Shown: piece by piece, positions 1-8,789 of the stretch
Position numbering within the stretch: position 1 is the stretch's first letter
Layout: each line of letters starts with the position of its first letter
Assembly: GCA_048887225.1 (NCBI GenBank)
Contig: JBHLJY010000031.1
Location: forward strand, 1-21,337
Direction of reading: 5' to 3'
DNA from: Candidatus Hodarchaeota archaeon
Lineage (GTDB): Archaea; Asgardarchaeota; Lokiarchaeia; Sigyniarchaeales; SOKP01
DNA length: 21,337 nt
The notes under the pieces: generated by a model
Told to the model about the DNA's origin: nothing
What the model saw: only the letters and a program-made list of their open reading frames with translations
Databases searched by the model: none
Made by a program: the position numbers and the translations under genes

Positions 1-63
1 AAATAAGTTTTATTATTATCAAGTTTAGATAACTAAATAGAAAGCTTTAACGTTTAAACTAAA

Positions 64-1209
64 ATGTATAATATATTTCAACTAGGTCAACAGCAGACAG
101 ATCCGTTTGCTATAATTCTTAACCTCCTTTTCTTTTTATTGATTTTCATTAGTATGTTTTATGGCCAGCGTATTCAAGCATGGAGAGCAGCAAAAGAAAT
201 TGAAACAGGATTAGAAAAGCTTAAAAAATGGAATGAAGATTGTAAACAAATATTACTTACAAGTTTTAAAGAATCCTCCAATAAAAAAGAAACTGATAAA
301 GATCTTATGATTAAGCTCGAGGATTTTATGACTTTTGTCGCAATTATACCTGTTATGCTTGATCCTTACGGAATAATCCCGAAATTAGACCATGTAATAG
401 ATGTAAGGGATTATAGGTTTAAAGAAGAAGTTGAGATGTTAGCTCCCAATGCTGAGGATTCTACAAGGCAACGCTTAGAAAATCTATTAGAGGCGGCTAT
501 GGCAGTAGATTTTATTTACCGCTTAATAAAACATTATCTGATCCTTGGAAAGAAATCAAAATCAATGATTTTACTTATGCAAATCGCTATGCAAATGTCG
601 CTAATTATGGCGTTAGCAAAAGCATTTTTCTACGCTTCAAAAGCTTTTGCTGAAGGAAGCCCAATTGGAGATGCTCTTGGTCCTATGGTTGTAGGAAGTT
701 TTGTAAGAGATGTTACTAATAATGGGGATGTTGAAGCAACCGATATTGCTAAAGATACAATAGTTCAAGAAGTAAATTTTGAAAATAGAACTATATATGT
801 TGTTCGAGCAAAAGGTCCAGGTGGCACTGTAGGAAAACCAGGAAAAGCAATTAAGATTTTAGTCGATCAACACGGAGATTCCATTTCTCGAATAATTATG
901 ATTGATGCAGGATTAAAATTGACTGGAGAAAAAACGGGATCATTAGCAGTTGGAGTTGGAGCTGCAATTGGAGGGATAGGGGTTGAGAAATATTATATAG
1001 AAGATTCCACTACTAAAAAATCCATACCTATTGATGCCTTAATTTGTAAACAATCTTTAGAAGATGCGATCACTACTATGAAACGTTCTATTACCCAGAG
1101 TGTTCCGTTCATCGTAGAAAAAATTAAGATGGCTATTCGAAAGAGAACTGAAAAAGCTACAAAAGTTATTGTGGCAGGGATTGGTAACACACTAGGAATT
1201 GGTATTTAA
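64..1209 (+). CDS. DUF1512 family protein (N-terminal TM helix; C-terminal GPR/YyaC-like peptidase-fold domain)
   Basis: 381-aa ORF with a hydrophobic segment at aa ~15-33 and the motifs DPYGI, PIGDALGP, GPGGTVG, IIMIDA, GVGAAIGG and C-terminal GIGNTLGIG, recognised as typical of archaeal DUF1512. Confidence 0.8.
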   Translation: MYNIFQLGQQQTDPFAIILNLLFFLLIFISMFYGQRIQAWRAAKEIETGLEKLKKWNEDCKQILLTSFKESSNKKETDKDLMIKLEDFMTFVAIIPVMLDPYGIIPKLDHVIDVRDYRFKEEVEMLAPNAEDSTRQRLENLLEAAMAVDFIYRLIKHYLILGKKSKSMILLMQIAMQMSLIMALAKAFFYASKAFAEGSPIGDALGPMVVGSFVRDVTNNGDVEATDIAKDTIVQEVNFENRTIYVVRAKGPGGTVGKPGKAIKILVDQHGDSISRIIMIDAGLKLTGEKTGSLAVGVGAAIGGIGVEKYYIEDSTTKKSIPIDALICKQSLEDAITTMKRSITQSVPFIVEKIKMAIRKRTEKATKVIVAGIGNTLGIGI

Positions 1210-1217
1210 TTTATAGA

Positions 1218-1241
1218 TTTTTTTTTAATTTCTTCTTTTTC
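1218..1241 (+). terminator. oligo-T archaeal-type terminator candidate
   Basis: T9 run plus further T-rich tracts starting 8 nt after the stop codon. Confidence 0.45.
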
Positions 1242-1290
1242 AATCATAAATTATAATTTTTTTAATTAGTTTTTCAAATTATTATACTTA

Positions 1291-1303
1291 ACAAATTTAT
1301 ATT
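1291..1303 (+). promoter_or_regulatory. BRE/TATA-like promoter candidate
   Basis: acaaaTTTATAtt about 45 nt upstream of ATG 1345. The AT-rich background limits certainty. Confidence 0.35.
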
Positions 1304-1344
1304 TTCGTTGTTATAATTTATATAATCATATCTAATGGGAATGT

Positions 1345-1923
1345 ATGGCAACCGAAGAAGATATAGATATAAAGGAATTATTTTACGATATTTTTGATAT
1401 TGTAAAATTTGAATTACAGTTCTATAAAGACAAAGAATCACCAATGTTTGAAAAAATAATGAAAACCCGCGCTTTTCAGAGTAAACTAAAAAAATTACAG
1501 TCTTTTATTTTCAACTATTTCGAAAGGATGTATCAAACTAAAAGCAATCCTATAACAAAAGCAGCGTTGAGAACACAATTGAATAATATTGCACGCATTA
1601 CAAATTATTACGATGATCTTTCAAACATTTATACTGAACAGACAGATAAAATAATCTCTCAAGAAAAATTAATGAATTTAATAGAGTATAGTCATATTGA
1701 AGTACTTTTCGTCATCTTTACAAACATTCTTGATTGGGAACATCAAAAGAGATCTATTTTTTTTCCGAATGATGAATCTAAAAAAGAGATATTAAAAGAA
1801 TTTTTAGATAAGCTAGCTAGTAGCGATATTAAAAATATTGAGGATATTATAGAAGTAGAAGATAAGCTTAATGATTTTATTGATACCATTGAATTTTTCT
1901 TTGATTTCTATTTTCAGAAATAA
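1345..1923 (+). CDS. hypothetical protein, predicted all-alpha
   Basis: 192-aa ATG-started ORF filling the gap between two genes, with no recognisable motif. Confidence 0.75.
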   Translation: MATEEDIDIKELFYDIFDIVKFELQFYKDKESPMFEKIMKTRAFQSKLKKLQSFIFNYFERMYQTKSNPITKAALRTQLNNIARITNYYDDLSNIYTEQTDKIISQEKLMNLIEYSHIEVLFVIFTNILDWEHQKRSIFFPNDESKKEILKEFLDKLASSDIKNIEDIIEVEDKLNDFIDTIEFFFDFYFQK

Positions 1924-2079
1924 ATCTTAAAGGATTCTATTTTTTCGTCAAGCTTCTTTTAAAAAGAAATAAAAATAGTTTTATAATAACAAGGAATAAA
2001 ATTCATATAATGTTTTAATAAGTAAAATAAAATTAAAACGAATAAAATAAAATAAAGTTTTGCACAGGGAAAATTAAAA

Positions 2080-3951
2080 ATGTATGGATATATGGGTAAA
2101 ATTTTGAGAATTGACTTATCTAGTGGAAACATTACTGAAGAATTTCCTGATGAACATACTCTAAAAATGGTTTTAGGTGGAAGTGGACTAGCAACCAAAT
2201 ATTTGCTTGAAGGAGTTAAGAAAGGAACAGATCCATTAAGCCCAGAAAATATGTTAATTTTTATGACAGGTCCTTTAACAGGAACTAGTTCTCCAAGCAC
2301 AGGGAGATACTGTGTAGTCTCTAAATCCCCTCTTACTGGTATTTGGGGTGAAGCAAACTCTGCTGGGTATTGGGGGCGAGATTTAAAAAGATCTGGTTTT
2401 GATGGAGTAATATTTGAGGGAATGTCACCAAAACCAGTTTATCTTCTTACAGAAGATGGAAAAGCGGAGCTTCGAGATGCTAAACATCTTTGGGGTAAAA
2501 ATACTTCAGAAACTACAAGATTGCTCAAAGAAGAGCATGGAGAGAAGACCAATGTAGCATGCATAGGGATTGGAGGGGAGAATCTAGTTAAATACGCAGC
2601 AGTTATGAACGATTGTGATAAGCCTTACTATGGTAGAGCTGCTGGAAGATGTGGTATGGGCGCTGTAATGGGTTCAAAAAACTTGAAAGCTCTAGCTTCA
2701 AAGGGGGTAGCAAAGGTCGAATTAGCAAGACCAGACGAATACAAAACGGAGGCTAAACAACGATATGATTGGGTTAATCAAAGTTTATTAAAAATGACCC
2801 TTGAAGTATATGGTACAGCTGCTATGGTTGATTTGGTAAATATTAAAGGTGGCTTACCAACCAGAAATTGGCAAACTGGAGTTTTTCCTGCACCCGAAAA
2901 AATTAATGGAACTGCGATAAATGAAACGATTCTTACTGGAAGAAAACCATGTTTCGCGTGTCCTATCGCTTGCGGACGGCTTGCCGAAATTAAAGAAGGA
3001 CCTTATAAAAGTGTTGGTGAAGGTCCAGAATATGAGTCGATTGGAGCTTTGGGTACTATGTGTGGTATAGATGATTTAGAAGCGATAACATTCGCTCATT
3101 TTATTTGTAATGAGTATGGTATTGACACAATTTCAGCTGGAAGTACAATTGGTTTTGCGATGGAATGTTTTGAGAAAGGAATATTAACCAAAGAAGATAC
3201 AGACGGATTAGAGCTTACTTTTGGCAATAAAGATGCTATGGTAGATCTTTGTCATAAGATAGGAAAAAGAGAAGGTATTGGAGATTTACTAGCTGAAGGA
3301 ACTAGGATTATGGCAAATAAACTTGGTAAAGATTCTATAAAGTTTGCTATGCAAGTTAAAGGACTAGAACTTCCAGCTTATGATAGTAGAGCTGCCAAGA
3401 TAACGGGATTAGCATACGCTACTGCTAATCGTGGAGGTTGTCATATTACTGGTTATATAGAAGGTCCTGCTTTCTTAGCAATGCCTTTTATGATCGTTGA
3501 AGATGCCGATGTTGGAGATCCACTTACGGAAATTCCTGAAACTACCAAAATTGTTAAGGAAATGGAAGATGCTTTTGGAGTTTTTGATGCCATCGGAGGA
3601 TGTAAATTTATGGGCATGGTATTAACTGCTGATGATTGGGCATCTTTAATAGAGAAGCTTATGGGCTATGAATTCACTGCTGATGATTTTAGAAAAACTG
3701 GTGAGAGAATCTACAATCTTGCGAGAGTATTTAGTGTACGAGAGGGTTTAACCAGAGCTGATGATACTCTTCCACCTCGTTTATTAGAAGACCCAATGCC
3801 TGAAGGTCCAGCCCAGGGGCAAGTAGTAAATTTAGAACCTCTTTTAGAAGCTTATTATGGATATAGAGGATGGGACAAGAATACTGGCAAACCAACTAAA
3901 GAAAAACTTCAAGAACTTGGATTAGATTGGGTTATTGATCAGATTTATTAG
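2080..3951 (+). CDS. aor: aldehyde:ferredoxin oxidoreductase (W/Mo-pterin AOR family)
   Basis: N-terminus GYMGKILRIDLS; KSPLTG; GRCGMGAVMGSKNLKA; Fe-S motif CFACPIAC; EGPEYE; GIDTISAG; NRGGCH; C-terminal YYGYRGWD..GKPT. Confidence 0.95.
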   Translation: MYGYMGKILRIDLSSGNITEEFPDEHTLKMVLGGSGLATKYLLEGVKKGTDPLSPENMLIFMTGPLTGTSSPSTGRYCVVSKSPLTGIWGEANSAGYWGRDLKRSGFDGVIFEGMSPKPVYLLTEDGKAELRDAKHLWGKNTSETTRLLKEEHGEKTNVACIGIGGENLVKYAAVMNDCDKPYYGRAAGRCGMGAVMGSKNLKALASKGVAKVELARPDEYKTEAKQRYDWVNQSLLKMTLEVYGTAAMVDLVNIKGGLPTRNWQTGVFPAPEKINGTAINETILTGRKPCFACPIACGRLAEIKEGPYKSVGEGPEYESIGALGTMCGIDDLEAITFAHFICNEYGIDTISAGSTIGFAMECFEKGILTKEDTDGLELTFGNKDAMVDLCHKIGKREGIGDLLAEGTRIMANKLGKDSIKFAMQVKGLELPAYDSRAAKITGLAYATANRGGCHITGYIEGPAFLAMPFMIVEDADVGDPLTEIPETTKIVKEMEDAFGVFDAIGGCKFMGMVLTADDWASLIEKLMGYEFTADDFRKTGERIYNLARVFSVREGLTRADDTLPPRLLEDPMPEGPAQGQVVNLEPLLEAYYGYRGWDKNTGKPTKEKLQELGLDWVIDQIY

Positions 3952-3978
3952 ATTTAATCCAAATTATTTAATTTATTA

Positions 3979-3995
3979 TTTTTTTATTTGTTTTT
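3979..3995 (+). terminator. oligo-T terminator candidate
   Basis: T7 and T5 runs about 30 nt after the aor stop. Confidence 0.4.
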
Positions 3996-4029
3996 AACTA
4001 TTTCATTAATTTAATTTTATAATTTGTTT

Positions 4030-4044
4030 AAAAACATTTATATT
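4030..4044 (+). promoter_or_regulatory. BRE/TATA-like promoter candidate for the acyl-CoA ligase
   Basis: aaaaacaTTTATAtt (TTTATA at 4037-4042), with an SD-like GAGGAG at 4098-4103 before ATG 4115. Confidence 0.45.
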
Positions 4045-4114
4045 ATTTAAAAGGGTAATTTTATCATTGATACTATACTAAAAATAAATTTTAAATAGAG
4101 GAGAGATTTGAGTA

Positions 4115-5827
4115 ATGGCAGAAAAAAGACCATTAACATATGCAGATAATCCTTGGCAGAAATCTTATACTCTTGGACCTTTTAAACTCAAACAAACTAT
4201 GGAACCATATCCTAAAATGAATGTTTATCAATTTCTCGAAGATTCCACTAAAAAATTTCCCGATAACATTGCATGCGTCTATGCAGATGAAGAAATAACT
4301 TATCAAGATTTAAAACTTAAAGTAGATAAGCTAGCATCAGCATTAGTGGATTTTGGTGTAAAGAAGGGTGATTGCGTTGCATCTGTTCTTCCTTCATGCC
4401 CGGAATTTATCTTGACTGATTATGCCGCGATGAAAATAGGTGCAATACATGTTCCACTCAGTATTTTACATAAGGCCCCCGATCTACAGTATGAGTTAAG
4501 CGAAAGTGGTGCCGAAACAGTTGTTTGTTCTTATCGGCGGCTTGAACGTGTTAATAGTGTAAAAAGTGAGACAAATCTTAAAACAATAATTTATACGCCC
4601 ACTAAATTATTCCCTGATTATAAGCCTCCTGAAATGGAGGAAGTAACTGAGGATAGTTATTATCTACTTGACGATATAATCGAAAAGTATGAACCCCATG
4701 CCGAACAAGTTGAAATAGATCCTATGGAAGATGTTGCCTTATTACCTTTTACAGGAGGTACAACTGGACTACCAAAAGGTACTATGCTAACTCATTACAA
4801 TCTAACTACATCCGTAATTCAAGTATATCATTGGATGATGGAACCATTAAAATTAGGGCTTATAGGGAAAGCTGCTACAACGATATGTGTTCCTATTTTC
4901 CATCAATATGGGCATATAGTCATACACACCGCTATTTCTATGAGTCTTAAAATGTATTTAATGGATCCAAGAGATATGGTTAAAATTGTAGAAGTAATAA
5001 AAAAATACCGTCCATTTATGGTTTGTGCTGTTCCCGCACACTATACAATCTTCCTTAAAATGGATATCCCGAAAGCGCCAATTTTTTATCTTTCAGCCGC
5101 GGCGGCTTTGCCTCCAGAACTTGCTGAACAATTTGATAAAAAAACTGGTGTTCCTATGGGTGAGGGTTATGGTGCAACAGAGACGACAAGTGCAGTAACA
5201 ATTAATCTCTCGGGAATTTCAAAAGTTACGGGATTTATGACAGAAGTAAAAAGGAGCGTTGGAATACCTGTTCCTGATACGGAAGTTAAGATTGTTGATC
5301 CAGATACAGGTGAGGAACTTCCACTGGGAGAACCTGGTGAAGTTTGGGTTCGTGGGCCACAAGTAATGAAAGGTTATTGGCCAACACCTGGTGAAGGATT
5401 AATTAAAGATGGATGGCTTCCTATGGGTGATATAGCAAAAATGGACGAAGATGGATATTTCTATATAGTAGACCGTATTAAAGATATGATAAATGTCTCA
5501 GGAAATAAAGTTTATTCTAGAGTACTTGACGATATTTTACACGAGCACCCAGCAGTCAGCGTAGCAGGAGTTATTGGAGTTCCAGACCCTGAGCGTCCAG
5601 GAAGCGAAAGGGTTAAGGCATTTGTATCATTGAAACCAGAGTTCGAAGGTAAAGTTGCTGAAGGTGATATAATTGAATATTTAAGAGATAAAGTTAAACC
5701 ATACGCAGTACCGAAATACGTAGAATTTAGGAAGGATATGCCTCTAACTATGGTTATGAAACTTTTTAAGAGAAAACTCCGAGAAGAAGAAATAGCTAAA
5801 ATGAAAGAACGTGGAGAGATTAAGTAA
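4115..5827 (+). CDS. long-chain-fatty-acid--CoA ligase (AMP-forming acyl-CoA synthetase)
   Basis: AMP-binding loop FTGGTTGLPKG; GYGATE; GEVWVRGPQVMKGYW; GD..DEDGYFYIVDRIKD; C-terminal PYAVPKYVEF. Confidence 0.92.
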   Translation: MAEKRPLTYADNPWQKSYTLGPFKLKQTMEPYPKMNVYQFLEDSTKKFPDNIACVYADEEITYQDLKLKVDKLASALVDFGVKKGDCVASVLPSCPEFILTDYAAMKIGAIHVPLSILHKAPDLQYELSESGAETVVCSYRRLERVNSVKSETNLKTIIYTPTKLFPDYKPPEMEEVTEDSYYLLDDIIEKYEPHAEQVEIDPMEDVALLPFTGGTTGLPKGTMLTHYNLTTSVIQVYHWMMEPLKLGLIGKAATTICVPIFHQYGHIVIHTAISMSLKMYLMDPRDMVKIVEVIKKYRPFMVCAVPAHYTIFLKMDIPKAPIFYLSAAAALPPELAEQFDKKTGVPMGEGYGATETTSAVTINLSGISKVTGFMTEVKRSVGIPVPDTEVKIVDPDTGEELPLGEPGEVWVRGPQVMKGYWPTPGEGLIKDGWLPMGDIAKMDEDGYFYIVDRIKDMINVSGNKVYSRVLDDILHEHPAVSVAGVIGVPDPERPGSERVKAFVSLKPEFEGKVAEGDIIEYLRDKVKPYAVPKYVEFRKDMPLTMVMKLFKRKLREEEIAKMKERGEIK

Positions 5828-6053
5828 AACTACTTTAATTTCTTCTGAATGAAAAAATTAAACCAAAAATTTATTTTTTACTTATTTTTATCAAAAATTC
5901 TAATGATAATGAAATCATAATTTTTAACGTATAAATAAAATAATTTTCTATATTTTCATAATTGTTATAAAAAATTCTTTCTTAATTTAAATATTAAAAA
6001 TGATAAAATCTTAAAATCAAATATTTATCTTAAAAGTAAATTGGGTGAATGTA

Positions 6054-6521
6054 ATGGTAAAATTTGCAACACAAGAATGGGCCGATGCCTATGTAAAAGC
6101 ATTAAATGCTAATCAAAACTACGCAGAAGCAGCTGGACCTAGTGGATTTCCTCCCAATGGCTGGGAAGGGGATTTTGTTTTCGTTATTGAACCTAGCGGG
6201 CCTGTAGATAAGGAAATCCAGATGTGGATCGGATTATACCACGGAGAATGTACAGGAGCTAAAATCTTAAAAGAGGGTGAGACATATCAAGTCATAAAAC
6301 CAGGTGAAGAAGCTTCAGGAGGAGCGATTGGAGTTGAGTATGTATATTCAGCAACATACGATAATTGGGTAAAAATCTTAAAACAAGAATTGGATCCAAT
6401 TCGGGCATTGTTGGGTGGACAAGCAAAGCTCCAAGGCGACATGGCTAAGGTAATGAGAGCAACAAAAGCCGCTCAAGAGATGGTAGTTACTACTACTAAA
6501 ATCGAAACAGAATTCTGGTAA
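6054..6521 (+). CDS. SCP2 sterol/lipid-binding domain protein
   Basis: Pattern F.t.EWad.y...LN....Y..AA..WEGDF and C-terminal ATYDNWVKILKQELDPIRALLGGQAKLQGDMAKVMR, typical of SCP2. Start moved from GTG 6045 to ATG 6054 because the SD GGTGA lies at 6044-6048. Confidence 0.85.
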   Translation: MVKFATQEWADAYVKALNANQNYAEAAGPSGFPPNGWEGDFVFVIEPSGPVDKEIQMWIGLYHGECTGAKILKEGETYQVIKPGEEASGGAIGVEYVYSATYDNWVKILKQELDPIRALLGGQAKLQGDMAKVMRATKAAQEMVVTTTKIETEFW

Positions 6522-6531
6522 AATTAAATTC

Positions 6532-6560
6532 TTTTTTTTTTATATTTTAATTTTCTTTTT
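6532..6560 (+). terminator. oligo-T terminator candidate
   Basis: T10 run at 6532-6541 plus further T tracts directly after the SCP2 stop. Confidence 0.45.
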
Positions 6561-6570
6561 AAAGTTAATT

Positions 6571-7371
6571 ATGCTTGATAATGAAAGCAAATTACATGAA
6601 CTAAAAGAAAAAAAAGTCTATTTCTTTGATTTAGATGGTACTATCTATTTAGGAAACAAATTATTTGATGGTGTTTCTGATTTACTTGTTCTATTACGTA
6701 AAAAAAACAAAAATATATTTTTCTTATCAAATAATTCATCTTTATCTACTACAGATTATCTTAAGAAATTAAATAGATTTAATCTAAATGCTACAAAAGA
6801 AAATCTCATTTTATCGCAACATCTTACTATTGATTATTTAATAGAAAAAAATTATAATAAAATATTTTTACTGGGCACTCAATCTCTCAAAAATGAATTT
6901 AAAAAAGAAGGTTTCGAATTAACAGAAGACGATCCTGAGATTTTAATATTAGCTTTTGATAAAGAGCTTAATTATAATAGTTTAGTTAAAGCTTCATATT
7001 TATTACAAAACAACATTCCTTACATTGCAACTCATTTAGATAATCGCTGCCCCACTGAAAAGGGTTATATCCCGGACGCGGGAGGTATAGCTGCTCTTTT
7101 ATATAAAGCTACAGAAAGGCTGCCTAAATCATTTGGAAAGCCAAACAAAGAGATGTTGCTTTATAAGCTTAATCAACTAAGTATACCTCCTAAGGATGCT
7201 GTGATATTCGGGGATAGATTATATACTGACATAAAAATGGGAATAAAAGCTGGAATAACTACATGTTGTGTATTATCTGGTGAAACTACTTCAGAAATGA
7301 TAAAAGAAAGTGAATACAAACCTGATTTCGTAATTAACGGAATATGGGAATTTTATAATTTAATTAAGTAA
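6571..7371 (+). CDS. HAD-superfamily hydrolase, subfamily IIA (NagD-like phosphatase)
   Basis: Motif I FDLDGT, motif II SNN, motif III GKP, motif IV GDRLYTDI, then VLSGET and PDFV. Confidence 0.92.
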   Translation: MLDNESKLHELKEKKVYFFDLDGTIYLGNKLFDGVSDLLVLLRKKNKNIFFLSNNSSLSTTDYLKKLNRFNLNATKENLILSQHLTIDYLIEKNYNKIFLLGTQSLKNEFKKEGFELTEDDPEILILAFDKELNYNSLVKASYLLQNNIPYIATHLDNRCPTEKGYIPDAGGIAALLYKATERLPKSFGKPNKEMLLYKLNQLSIPPKDAVIFGDRLYTDIKMGIKAGITTCCVLSGETTSEMIKESEYKPDFVINGIWEFYNLIK

Positions 7372-7478
7372 CCTAAGGATTAATTTAATGTAACAAAAAT
7401 TTAATTAAACTTCATAAATTAACTTTTGAATGAAAATTAAAAAAAATTAAATATAATATACTATGGTGAAAAGTACAA

Positions 7479-8675
7479 ATGTGGTTCTTTTTTAGCCCTA
7501 ATATAATATATGGCGAGGATTCCCTAAATTTCTTAGAAAATATTTCGGGAGAAAAGTGTTTTATTGTCACTGATAAAAACCTTGAAGAATTAGGTTATGT
7601 AAAAATATTAACAGATAGACTCGAGAAATTTGGAAGGGAGTATAAAATTTTTAATGAAGTAAGACCAGATCCAAGAGAGGAAGATGTTTTAAAAGGAAAA
7701 GAGGAGTGTATAGCATACTCTCCAGATTTAATTATTGCGTTAGGAGGAGGTTCAGTTATGGATACTGCTAAAGCAATTTGGAGCATGTATGAATTCCCAG
7801 AGCTGGTAGTTGATGATTTAAATCCATTTAGAGGAGATTTATATAATTTGGGTAAAAAGGCGAAAATGATTACAATACCAACTACTTCAGGGACCGGAGC
7901 AGATGTAACATGGGCAGTAATAATATCCAAGTTTGAGAATAATGTATGGAGAAAGTTAGAAATAGCTCATAAGGGATTTGTTCCCACATATGCTATTGTC
8001 GATCCAATATTTCCCGCAGGAATGCCACCTGAATTAACAGCCGCAACTGCATTCGATGTGCTAGCACATTCGTTCGAAGGGCTGATTTCTATTTGGAGGA
8101 ATGATTTTAGTGATGCAATGTGTTTAAAAGCTATCGAACTCGTATTTAAATATTTACCTATTGCTTATAAGGATCCCAAAAATGTCGAAGCCAGAGATTT
8201 TATGCATCAGGCAGCAACTATGGCGGGGCTTGGATTCGGAAACGGACAAGTACATTTTGGACATAGCATGGGTCATAGTTGGGGGGCGGTTTTCCATACG
8301 CCTCATGGGATTTGTGTAGGAATTGCTCTTCCTTATGCTACTGAGTATTGTATGAACAATCCAGATGAAAAGGATAATACAATAGAGATTTTAGGAACTA
8401 ATGCTAAAAAATTAGGATGGTCAGAATGGAGTGATGATAATATGAAAGCAGCTTATATCGTAATTGATAAAATTAAGGAACTTCAAAAAGAGGTCAATTT
8501 CCCAAATAAGTTCCAAGAAATTGTTGCTAGAGAAGAGTTTGATAAAAACTTAGACACATTAGTTAATTTATGTTTTCAAAGTTCAAGTAGTGTCATGGCT
8601 TCTAGATCTCCAAATTATGCTGATTATAAAAATCTCTTTACTTATGCCTACGAAGGTAAAGATATAGACTTTTAA
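7479..8675 (+). CDS. iron-containing alcohol dehydrogenase
   Basis: IIALGGGSVMDTAK; IPTTSGTGAD; metal ligands in DVLAHSFE, GHSMGH and PHG. SD GGTGA at 7465-7469. Confidence 0.93.
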   Translation: MWFFFSPNIIYGEDSLNFLENISGEKCFIVTDKNLEELGYVKILTDRLEKFGREYKIFNEVRPDPREEDVLKGKEECIAYSPDLIIALGGGSVMDTAKAIWSMYEFPELVVDDLNPFRGDLYNLGKKAKMITIPTTSGTGADVTWAVIISKFENNVWRKLEIAHKGFVPTYAIVDPIFPAGMPPELTAATAFDVLAHSFEGLISIWRNDFSDAMCLKAIELVFKYLPIAYKDPKNVEARDFMHQAATMAGLGFGNGQVHFGHSMGHSWGAVFHTPHGICVGIALPYATEYCMNNPDEKDNTIEILGTNAKKLGWSEWSDDNMKAAYIVIDKIKELQKEVNFPNKFQEIVAREEFDKNLDTLVNLCFQSSSSVMASRSPNYADYKNLFTYAYEGKDIDF

Positions 8676-8681
8676 ATTCAA

Positions 8682-8697
8682 TTTTTTTTCTATTTTT
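8682..8697 (+). terminator. oligo-T terminator candidate
   Basis: T8 and T5 runs 6 nt after the ADH stop. Confidence 0.45.
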
Positions 8698-8718
8698 ATA
8701 ATCTTTGGTTTTCAATGA

Positions 8719-8731
8719 GAAAACTATAAAA
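8719..8731 (+). promoter_or_regulatory. BRE/TATA-like promoter candidate for ppdK
   Basis: gaaaaCTATAAAA about 60 nt upstream of ATG 8790. SD GGTGA at 8781-8785. Confidence 0.45.
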
Positions 8732-8789
8732 GTTAGAAGTTTTGTTTTTATTTTAAATAGTGAAAGATAAAAGATTGATTGGTGAAAAA

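Noticed and set aside
993-1190. Minus-strand ORF, and similar ones at 7595-7930, 8819-9118, 9746-9943, 11805-12062 and 19701-20126
   Set aside because: All lie fully antisense within well-supported genes and have Ser/Ile/Phe-rich shadow-frame composition.
2023-2056. (TAAAA)n microsatellite-like run upstream of aor
   Set aside because: Short, imperfect, low-complexity AT sequence with no evidence of function.
1959-2300. 113-aa minus-strand ORF
   Set aside because: Antisense shadow of aor plus low-complexity intergenic DNA, with no motif.
6005-6383. AAAATCTTAAAA three times (6005, 6261, 6372)
   Set aside because: Two copies simply encode KILK, and the word is low-complexity in an AT-rich genome.
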